From Paramoeba atlantica (taxonomy: Eukaryota; Protista; Discosea): a stretch of 64,000 nt of DNA. The translations under genes and the position numbers were made by a program. Of this stretch, positions 12,590 through 21,215 are shown piece after piece; positions within the stretch are counted from its first letter, which is position 1; each line of letters opens with the position of its first letter. The notes below the pieces were generated by a model. The model was not told the origin of the DNA and did no database searches. It was given only the letters and a program-made list of their open reading frames with translations. Location: NCBI GenBank assembly GCA_977017575.1, contig CDRNVI010000021.1, positions 1 through 64,000 on the forward strand. Direction: 5' to 3'.

Positions 12590-12992
12590 ACCATGCAGTT
12601 CAGCTTTTTCATGCGCAATGGCCGACAGGAGAGGAATGGAGACGTCCGATGAACTGCCGAGTGGCGGCATGGCGAGTGAAGTTGGGAAGGAAGGTGAAGT
12701 GTGAAGACAACGGCCTCGTGGTATACTCCCAACTTCGGGAGCACCTCGAAGACAAGTAATAGATTTTAGAAATATTCTACACTGGTGAAATAGCTGAGAG
12801 ATAATATCCGTTGACATCTAAATATTATATATTTTTTATTTTATACGGAGATAGTTTCTCTTCGAAAATTGAGAGAAGGGGGGAAGGAGCACATTTCTCA
12901 TTTTCCTACGTGGCTTCCTGCTGTAGGGAGCTTATAGGATTTCACAGGAGAAATGCCTCCGAGAATGTTTTTCAGAAAAACAAAAAAAAAAA
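12590..12992 (+). pseudogene. Degenerate 3' end of a further CRE family with UTR and A-tract
   Basis: CAMADRRGME..GLVVYSQLREHLEDK* resembles other CRE C-termini (WAIADRCGLE; VVSQLREY; VYAQLRHF) across a frameshift; A-rich tail at ~12977-12992. Confidence 0.5.
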
Positions 12993-13030
12993 GGGTGTAT
13001 GAAAAGAGATTTAAAGGCCGGTTTCTTTCA

Positions 13031-13137
13031 TAAGGAAAGGTCTTACAATAAGGAAAGGTCTTACAATAAGGAAAGGTCTTACAATAAGGAAAGGTCTTAC
13101 AATAAGGAAAGGTCTTACAATAAGAAAAGGTCTTACA
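13031..13137. repeat. 18-bp minisatellite (TAAGGAAAGGTCTTACAA) x~6
   Basis: Direct reading of the sequence. Confidence 0.95.
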
Positions 13138-13599
13138 TGTGAAGAAGAAGCCCTAATTTAAGGGGCGATATTGTATTTAATAATTTTTGCAAAAGTTAAT
13201 AAAGCTTTTGCTTTACTTTGCAACTCGAAAATTTTGGATCACCACCCTTCCCTTTACATAATTAGAAAAAAAAAATTAGCAAAATCAAAATTTTCGAATA
13301 ATCGCCCCTTTGCACAAATGATGGCGAATATATCTAAATATAGTTACCTTCGTCAAAAAAAAAAAGATATTTTATTTTATTTATAAAAGGATTTTCTGCA
13401 CAGAAGGATTGTTATTCCAGGTTGAAAAGTGATATTCAAAAAAAAAAAAGATATTTTATTCATATTGTATTTTAACCGCTGCACTGTAGGCGGGAACTAT
13501 GAAAAATTGATATGTATTTTATCTACACCAAGGCACTTTTGAAGGCAATAGCGCAGCGCGCAAAAATTGTTGTTTTACGTGAAAGCACGAACTGGATTT

Positions 13600-13730
13600 C
13601 AAACATAACCAGCTACCCCCGTCTCCTTCGCCATGGCACGCGTCAGCATGCCCATTTATTTGAAAAAGAGTAGGAAAGAAAACACAACAAGGTACAACAA
13701 GGTACAGAAACTGTATCTTTATCGTTAAAG
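13600..13730 (-). pseudogene. SL exon (13695-13730), 10-nt partial SL duplication, and 5' stub of a CRE element (MGMLTRAMAKETGVAGYV*)
   Basis: The stub peptide matches the start of ORF 26343 (MGVFTRAKAKETGVAPV). Confidence 0.75.
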
Positions 13731-13736
13731 GGGTGT

Positions 13737-14228
13737 TTGTTAGAGGGGTGTTTATTCCAAACACCTGGTCCAGCGGAACCCACGCAAGGAATTACAGCAG
13801 ATGTTTCTCAAGTAGCGCAAGAGTTGACGCAACGGTTTACTAAGCTGGATCGTACAGTTGACATGTTGGCCAGTCATGTGAGCACACTACACATGTCACG
13901 GGACTCGATTCGAGAGATAATTCGACAGGAACTTCGGCAGGCTGTCAGTACCGCACGTATCCCAATGGTGGTTCTTGACGAAGTATCAGCAACACGTGCA
14001 GATCGATTCAATGATCCGGTTCGCAATCGCTGCGCGGTTGATGTAAGTACAAATTCCTTGTATGCCAGTCTACCGGTATTGGGTTCGGAAGCCTTAGCAG
14101 CAAAAGTCGCGGTGATTGCTGAACAGCTCAAGAGGAATGACCTCGAGATTGAAGTAACTTGGTTCCTTGCAACAGATAATCCCTCCAGTGCTACCAATGG
14201 CCGGGACGTTAAAAGCAACCTCCAATAA
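13737..14228 (+). CDS. Hypothetical ORF fragment, predicted helical/coiled-coil; function unknown
   Basis: 163-aa ORF with amphipathic stretches (VAQELTQRFTKLDRTVDML; IREIIRQELRQAV). The 3' end is fused to a CRE-D fragment. No family recognised. Confidence 0.35.
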   Translation: MLEGCLFQTPGPAEPTQGITADVSQVAQELTQRFTKLDRTVDMLASHVSTLHMSRDSIREIIRQELRQAVSTARIPMVVLDEVSATRADRFNDPVRNRCAVDVSTNSLYASLPVLGSEALAAKVAVIAEQLKRNDLEIEVTWFLATDNPSSATNGRDVKSNLQ

Positions 14229-14544
14229 GGGGAGTTATGACTGGCTACTGTCCAATGTAAGATATGTACCACCGCACTTATTCGAGCTAGCAGTCATGCC
14301 CCGTCTTGGAGTACATCACCCGAGACTTCCTGATGCTATGACTTGCCCTGGATGCCGAACATTGATGGATGCAAACACTGCACTAACTCACATCCCCGGA
14401 TGCGTGCAATGTACAGGTTTCAACGCCACAGCGAAGCACAACATGTTGACCAAGTTTCTGTATGATCTTTGCATGAAAGCTGGTATTCCATGCGAAAGAG
14501 AGCCGCGTTCTTTTAGCACGTGGAGTTGTCTAACATGCGGAAAT
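14195..14544 (+). pseudogene. CRE family D fragment, left half (continues at 25477-25825)
   Basis: Near-identical to ~47486-47833; ends in AACATGCGGAAAT, which is repeated at 25477-25489. Confidence 0.92.
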
Positions 14545-14884
14545 GGAACTAATTCGCGCACTATATAACACAACAACTGCAAGCGTCATGTTAAACGACG
14601 GCACGAAGAGTTATAGTTTACGGAAAGAATTGATCAAAGAAGATACTTTTGATTCTGTATGAGATCTGACCGTGGCCCTACGGGGCACATGATATTTAAT
14701 ATTATGATCTGATTTCAGTGTGACATTGCCCCCTCTGGGGGGAACCATGTATATTTGTAGATTATCAATTATACAGTACTATACTTTATTATTACACTAG
14801 TAGCTTTTCTCTATTTTCGCAAAAGGAAAGTTTTTTATTCTGGCTCGACAAACGCCCGGGTGGAACCAGGGTACTTTTCTTGAG

Positions 14885-15250
14885 ATGGGCCGAGCAATTA
14901 TCCAATCGCTACGTGACGCGTACTGGCGTGCGCGTCGCGTGGACGTGGAGCTAGTACATGAGAAAATGCAAAAAGACGTGCGTCCCAACGATAAATTTTA
15001 CCACCACGTGAGTGATCAGCTGGCCGAAAGAGAAAAACGTTTATCTCGAGCATACGCCACGTATGTACCTCAAGGATCGCAGCGTTATTTTACTCCGCAC
15101 GTCACACCAGCTCGCGCGCCTGCGCCATACCGAAGACCGGGAATGCTGTGTTTTGGGTGCCGTTCACCCGATCATGTATGGAAAAACTGTCCAAAGCGGG
15201 ATTTTCGTTCGCGGGTGGCTGGCCCTGCCGGGAGCAGCAAGAGCTTATGA
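14885..15250 (+). pseudogene. C-terminal remnant of gag-like ORF1 with CCHC knuckle
   Basis: Identical to the last 121 aa of ORF 20001-21215. Confidence 0.9.
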
Positions 15251-17970
15251 AAAAGCCCCACCCTAACGGCCAGTGTTATTATATTCAAGGGGAAAAGTGT
15301 GTCGAATATGCAAGTTGCAAAGAAAAGGAGGAGGGAGAGAAGGTTACAAACGGAAAAGCAGACGGTGAATGTACCAAGTGCAGGCGACTTGAAAGGGAGA
15401 TTGATAAGATCTGGGAGTTTGTACGGAGGAATGTTAAGTGTGGATACTACGCCAGTAAGGATGAAGTTGATGAAGTTATTAATGGGAATTACTCACGTGA
15501 CGGAAGAGGTCCGTGTAGCACTAGATGGGATGTCCGAGATGTGGAGCAACGCAACCTGGAAAAGCAGGGCGAGGTTGTGGGAAAGACTAACCGCCTTTTG
15601 CAATTGGAAGGCAATCGAAATTACCGCGATACATGCAGTAACTTTTGTGGCGACGATGAACATCAGAGTACAGGGCAAGCTCACGTACGCACGCAGCCTC
15701 GCTTCTATATTAAGCCTCGCAGGCCTGGAAACGAATCCTCTAAAATTTTATGTAAAATCACTGATGGCAGAAGGGGCCACGGAGCCAGTACGCCAGATGG
15801 CTCCTTTGACACCCACGTTACTGAACCAGTTATGGCACCATCTCCCATGCAGCGAAAGACATACCTTGATGCTTTGTTGGAAAGCAGCCAGCCGGTGGAC
15901 AGAGACTGCAAGTTTAACGAAGGAACAATTTCGCGAATTAACGCCGTTAAGAATAGTGATTTGGTGGGGGCGAAAAACAAAGACTTCCAGGTTCAACCCA
16001 TACCGACCCTCCATGTACACGGTGATCGAGGGCCCCGGAACCGCTACCCTTCACGCGTACATCAGTCAGTTGGGACAGCACCAGCCAATGTCCAGATCAA
16101 CGGTGACGGAGGTCGACGCCCGCATTCGAGAGCGGTTAGGGGCGGGGTACGGCACGCATTCGGCGAAGAGGGGCGCAATCACACACCTTTTCACAGAGGT
16201 AGCCAACGGGACAATCCGACTCGACGAGGTGCAACATCTCGCAAAGCACCAATCCCTGGAGTCCCTCCTGCGGTACAATGCGGACCCAGTCACTACCGCC
16301 TTGGCGCTTGGTACCCAGAAGGCCACGTCAAAACTACAGATACTGTGAGCCCCGAGGTTATTTTTAGCAAGTTTTTGGAAGATATACCACACGAGAAGGT
16401 AAAGCACACAATAACGAGATCGAGGAGGACCTCTAAGGTGGCACAGGAGGGGGATTGGAAGTTGCCCTTGCATGTGAAGCTAAATATTCCACAGATGGAG
16501 GTCGAGCGACTTAAACTGTTAATGAACCAAAAAGCACGTGAGCGCTTCCAGGAGACATGGAAAATTTTAACTCGGTTACCAAACACTCCGAGTAAAACAC
16601 CGGCGTGTAAATCATTATTGCACGACAAGGATATAACCCAGCTGGTGGACGCAGGATTTGTGTCACACGTCAACACAGAGGAAGCACAGCGTCGCCCAAC
16701 GATGGAATGGGTGATACCATTCACGGTTGTCGAGCCTGCTGACGACGAGACAGAACGCCGGCGGTTTATAGCATGGACCCGGGATGACAACGCGCGGATT
16801 AAGGAGGTTTATGAGCCACAAGTACCGGTAAAACATGCAGCCTATTATCTCCATCGAGCCCGACAGGACTCGGCGGTAAAGCGTGATCTGGCATGCGGTT
16901 TTTTTCAGGTCGCGATTCCATCCGAAAGTAGGGCGAAGTTCAGATTTTTGGACCGCAGTGGGCAAGTATATGAAATGAATGTGATGCCGATGGGACACCG
17001 GTGTGCCCCTGAGTTGATGCACTCGTTAACCGCGACAATAGCGGGAGATCCAGCTTACTGTAATAAGAAATCGGCGTTTGCCCACAATGGTCTGGATGTG
17101 TATATCGACGGCATTCGTTACGCTTCTAGTGACAAAAATACACAGGAATATGCCGCGTTTATAGATCGACGGGCGCAGCAAGTTAACGCCCGTTTTAAGG
17201 AGCTTGGGGTGCCACCTTTGCAGAACTACACATTCAATGGAGTCAATTATCACCACCGATCAGGGAAAGTTGCATTGGGACCCAAGATAACGCGAAGACT
17301 TCAGAATGATAACTACATGCATACCACATACTCTGGGCTGGAGGCCGGTGTTGGGAGGCTCATTTTTGCTTCGGCAATCATGGGCATACCGATTCCCCAA
17401 TATCATCTATTCTTGAAAATTGTCCGACGACGAATCAATCATTTAAATCGCGATCCTTGCCTATTGGATACTGTCGTACCTTTACCATTACGAGTGCGAG
17501 TGAAGTTGACCGAGTGGCGCGATTCCTTGATCTATTGTTCTCCAGTGGACCCGGTCCGACACCCTGATACAGTACCACATCAGCACGTTCTATTTACCGA
17601 TGCGTCGTCCACCGGGTGGGGGGCGGTGCTTTACCTCGACTATGGGAAAGTTTTATGTACCGGAGCCTCCTGGCCGGAGGGTTTCAAGTACGAAGTGAAT
17701 CGAGCCGAAGCTCGGGCAGTACGTTTGGCGTTTGAGAAGTACGGGCATCACTTTCAGCGAGATACATGCGTAGATTTATTTGTTGACAATACATCCTGTT
17801 TAGCAGCGATCAATAGGAAAGTGTCAGGATCTGATGGCATTACTTCGGAGTTGTATGGTTTGTTGAAATATTTGAATCGTCAAGGAATTGCAGTACAGGC
17901 AGAATATATTGCATCAAAAGAAAATCCTGCAGATCCATATAGCAGAATGTGTGAAGAGAAAAAGCATTGA
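15148..17970 (+). CDS. RT-RNase H ORF3 (copy 1); the N-terminal ~390 codons overlap gag and YR
   Basis: KRDLACGFFQV, MPMGHRCAP, VYIDGI; RNase H LFTDASSTGWG, NRAEA, VDN, ENPAD. Confidence 0.9.
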   Translation: MFWVPFTRSCMEKLSKAGFSFAGGWPCREQQELMKKPHPNGQCYYIQGEKCVEYASCKEKEEGEKVTNGKADGECTKCRRLEREIDKIWEFVRRNVKCGYYASKDEVDEVINGNYSRDGRGPCSTRWDVRDVEQRNLEKQGEVVGKTNRLLQLEGNRNYRDTCSNFCGDDEHQSTGQAHVRTQPRFYIKPRRPGNESSKILCKITDGRRGHGASTPDGSFDTHVTEPVMAPSPMQRKTYLDALLESSQPVDRDCKFNEGTISRINAVKNSDLVGAKNKDFQVQPIPTLHVHGDRGPRNRYPSRVHQSVGTAPANVQINGDGGRRPHSRAVRGGVRHAFGEEGRNHTPFHRGSQRDNPTRRGATSRKAPIPGVPPAVQCGPSHYRLGAWYPEGHVKTTDTVSPEVIFSKFLEDIPHEKVKHTITRSRRTSKVAQEGDWKLPLHVKLNIPQMEVERLKLLMNQKARERFQETWKILTRLPNTPSKTPACKSLLHDKDITQLVDAGFVSHVNTEEAQRRPTMEWVIPFTVVEPADDETERRRFIAWTRDDNARIKEVYEPQVPVKHAAYYLHRARQDSAVKRDLACGFFQVAIPSESRAKFRFLDRSGQVYEMNVMPMGHRCAPELMHSLTATIAGDPAYCNKKSAFAHNGLDVYIDGIRYASSDKNTQEYAAFIDRRAQQVNARFKELGVPPLQNYTFNGVNYHHRSGKVALGPKITRRLQNDNYMHTTYSGLEAGVGRLIFASAIMGIPIPQYHLFLKIVRRRINHLNRDPCLLDTVVPLPLRVRVKLTEWRDSLIYCSPVDPVRHPDTVPHQHVLFTDASSTGWGAVLYLDYGKVLCTGASWPEGFKYEVNRAEARAVRLAFEKYGHHFQRDTCVDLFVDNTSCLAAINRKVSGSDGITSELYGLLKYLNRQGIAVQAEYIASKENPADPYSRMCEEKKH
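15299..16348 (+). CDS. Tyrosine recombinase (copy 1)
   Basis: Catalytic motifs ASRW (R), THSAKRG (HxxR variant), LAKH..LLRY (H..Y). Confidence 0.9.
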   Translation: MSNMQVAKKRRRERRLQTEKQTVNVPSAGDLKGRLIRSGSLYGGMLSVDTTPVRMKLMKLLMGITHVTEEVRVALDGMSEMWSNATWKSRARLWERLTAFCNWKAIEITAIHAVTFVATMNIRVQGKLTYARSLASILSLAGLETNPLKFYVKSLMAEGATEPVRQMAPLTPTLLNQLWHHLPCSERHTLMLCWKAASRWTETASLTKEQFRELTPLRIVIWWGRKTKTSRFNPYRPSMYTVIEGPGTATLHAYISQLGQHQPMSRSTVTEVDARIRERLGAGYGTHSAKRGAITHLFTEVANGTIRLDEVQHLAKHQSLESLLRYNADPVTTALALGTQKATSKLQIL

Positions 17971-20000
17971 TACAATCAATAACCAGGAAGAACGGATATT
18001 CGAGCGATTTTGATATGTATGGGATGTATGTTGATGTGAGGATTGGGCAATGTGTGAGTGAGAGTACGAGGTGATGAGGGGGGCTCTCAGGTAGTAGGCG
18101 ACCTGGGGGTTTCGCCACATTACTAGCGTGTGGGTGATTGTGAGAACTGGCGAGTGGGTGGTCCCCGCCGGGGAACTACCCATTCGCAAGAGAGAGAGAG
18201 GTGAAGATTGTTTTTATAAGGACGTCCTTTAGTACTATATTCATCAAATAATTTTATTTATAGTAACGTTCAAAACACAGGTATTTGGGTGCCTCGTATT
18301 TGATAAATTATATTTAGTGATTACAAATTAATTATTTGTTTATTAAAATTATATTCTGATGAGCAATTCTTATAGTTTACGGAAAGAATTGATCAAAGAA
18401 GATACTTTTGATTCTGTATGAGATCTGACCGTGGCCCTACGGGGCACATGATATTTAATATTATGATCTGATTTCAGTGTGACATTGCCCCCTCTGGGGG
18501 GAACCATGTATATTTGTAGATTATCAATTATACAGTACTATACTTTATTATTACACTAGTAGCTTTTCTCTATTTTCGCAAAAGGAAAGTTGCCCCACCC
18601 GCCATCCCCCGAACCACTCCCCGCCGGGGAACTACCCATTCGCAAGAGAGAGAGAGGTGAAGATTGTTTTTATAAGGACGTCCTTTAGTACTATATTCAT
18701 CAAATAATTTTATTTATAGTAACGTTCAAAACACAGGTATTTGGGTGCCTCGTATTTGATAAATTATATTTAGTGATTACAAATTAATTATTTGTTTATT
18801 AAAATTATATTCTGATGAGCAATTCTGAAAGCTTCGAAATACCTGGCGGCTTAAAACAAGGCTGTCCAATGAGCTGCCTGCTATTCAATGCAACATTTGA
18901 TGCTGTACTCCGGAAAGCACTACAGATTAAAACTGCAGGCATCCGTGTCGAATGGAGGATCCCAAAAGGAAGAGCTCAACGAGGCGATAAAGTAACCGGT
19001 ACAGATGTTTTCGGACTCATAGCGTATGCGGATGACCTTGTTCTTTGGTCGGACGAACAAACGGAACTGCAAAATACCTTAAACGCAGTAGTAGGGGTTA
19101 TGAACCAATGGGGAATAAGGATAAACACAAGGAAAACTAAAACACAGGTAATTCAACCTTGCAAAGCAGAAAAGTATTACACATCCGAGAAGAAACTATT
19201 GAACAAGTACGGAACTTCTCATACCTTGGAACAGTCATCAGTGAAGATGCTTCATTGGAAGAAGAAATAGAAAACAGAATAAGAAGAGCTTGCGCAGGTA
19301 TGAGAAAATTTAGAGACTTGTGGAAAGACAAGGCTATCACAAGGAAAACGAAAAGACTCATCCTGGAAGTCTGTATAGTACCAATTCTACTATATGCGAG
19401 CTCAACGTGGGCGCTTACACCAACCCAGCATCTGAAACTCAACCGCGCCTATATAAGATACATCAAAACATCTTTCGGCATACCATGGGTCAAGAACGAC
19501 AATAGCGCCTACAATGATAAACAGCACCAAGAATCTGCGAAGGATGCAATAAGATATACCTCCCAGAAGGAATGCCTATCGATCGCAGGAATGGACCCAC
19601 TCCAGCCACAAATAGATGCCCGAAGTTTACTGTTTGCTGGACACGTCGCAAGAATGGGTCCAGATAGATTCCCGAACAGAGTGTTATTCGGCAAATATCG
19701 ATCAACTCAAAATAGAGGAAATACATATAAACGAAGCCTGCCATGCTATAGTAGAAGCCTTGTAGCTGCACTGGAAAGAGTTATAGTTTACGGAAAGAAT
19801 TGATCAAAGAAGATACTTTTGATTCTGTATGAGATCTGACCGTGGCCCTACGGGGCACATGATATTTAATATTATGATCTGATTTCAGTGTGACATTGCC
19901 CCCTCTGGGGGGAACCATGTATATTTGTAGATTATCAATTATACAGTACTATACTTTATTATTACACTAGTAGCTTTTCTCTATTTTCGCAAAAGGAAAG

Positions 20001-21215
20001 TTGCGATCAGAACTCGCAACTATGAATCCTTCGACGCGGAGCTTACGGAGCTCCCGACGTTCCTCTCCTGTGACGGAGCCGCTCGCGCCTACCGAGCCGC
20101 TTACGACGCACGATCTGACCAATGTATGTGCAGTGATCCGGGAGAGACTTCTTTTGGCACCGGCCGACAAGCCGGCGGTGTCAGTGCAAGCTTTTTTTCG
20201 CCGCAAGGACGAGCCCAATGAATCAATAAAAGCAGTGTACGGAAAAGTTCGTCAGGAAGGTTTGGAGTTATGGGCCGTGTGGGAAGATGAACCCACGAAA
20301 GAGTATCCTTTTCCTCATGCGGAACTGAATTATTATCAGGTAAAAATCCACCATTTTCCAGGGGAGGTTCCACAGACCGAGACGAGGGGAGGGACAGCCC
20401 AGGGGGGGCCACAGACAGCAGGAGATCCGACACAACCTTCGACCACGCCAGGAACTCAACCAACTGTACCCTCTGCGATGTTACCGACACAAGGGCGCCG
20501 ACCTGTACGGCAAATGAACGCGCTCGATGAAACTCGTGTTAATGAGGAACCTGCGGAAGTGATATTTTCGACAGATGCATCCCCGTTGGTTCTCGACCCG
20601 AACGCCCTGGATCCCTATGAGCCCATTACATTTGAGCCGTGGATTATGTCTCTCGATGAGGGTGGGTTTCGAACGAGGGATTTAATACGTGAACTGCGTG
20701 ATGCACCTGAGTTTGGATTACGAGTTAACCAGTACTTCCAAGATCGTACTTTCGTAAAACAGCAAGAGCGTAATTTTAATGGAATTTTCTGCAAGTGGAT
20801 TATTCTGGCTCGACAAACGCCCGGGTGGAACCAGAGTACTTTTCTTGAGATGGGCCGAGCAATTATCCAATCGCTACGTGACGCGTACTGGCGTGCGCGT
20901 CGCGTGGACGTGGAGCTAGTACATGAGAAAATGCAAAAAGACGTGCGTCCCAACGATAAATTTTACCACCACGTGAGTGATCAGCTGGCCGAAAGAGAAA
21001 AACGTTTATCTCGAGCATACGCCACGTATGTACCTCAAGGATCGCAGCGTTATTTTACTCCGCACGTCACACCAGCTCGCGCGCCTGCGCCATACCGAAG
21101 ACCGGGAATGCTGTGTTTTGGGTGCCGTTCACCCGATCATGTATGGAAAAACTGTCCAAAGCGGGATTTTCGTTCGCGGGTGGCTGGCCCTGCCGGGAGC
21201 AGCAAGAGCTTATGA
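20001..21215 (+). CDS. gag-like ORF1 (first ATG at 20022) with C-terminal CCHC zinc knuckle
   Basis: CFGCRSPDHVWKNC (Cx2Cx4Hx4C); first ORF after repeat A1. Confidence 0.88.
   Translation: MRSELATMNPSTRSLRSSRRSSPVTEPLAPTEPLTTHDLTNVCAVIRERLLLAPADKPAVSVQAFFRRKDEPNESIKAVYGKVRQEGLELWAVWEDEPTKEYPFPHAELNYYQVKIHHFPGEVPQTETRGGTAQGGPQTAGDPTQPSTTPGTQPTVPSAMLPTQGRRPVRQMNALDETRVNEEPAEVIFSTDASPLVLDPNALDPYEPITFEPWIMSLDEGGFRTRDLIRELRDAPEFGLRVNQYFQDRTFVKQQERNFNGIFCKWIILARQTPGWNQSTFLEMGRAIIQSLRDAYWRARRVDVELVHEKMQKDVRPNDKFYHHVSDQLAEREKRLSRAYATYVPQGSQRYFTPHVTPARAPAPYRRPGMLCFGCRSPDHVWKNCPKRDFRSRVAGPAGSSKSL

Larger units (their letters stand above)
14611..18826 (+). mobile_element. VIPER/Ngaro-like YR retrotransposon copy 1 (~795-bp deletion of the gag 5' part)
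   Basis: Split direct repeats A1 14611-14832, B1 18162-18369, A2 18370-18591, B2 18618-18825. ORFs are near-identical to copy 2 at offset 5965. Confidence 0.95.
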
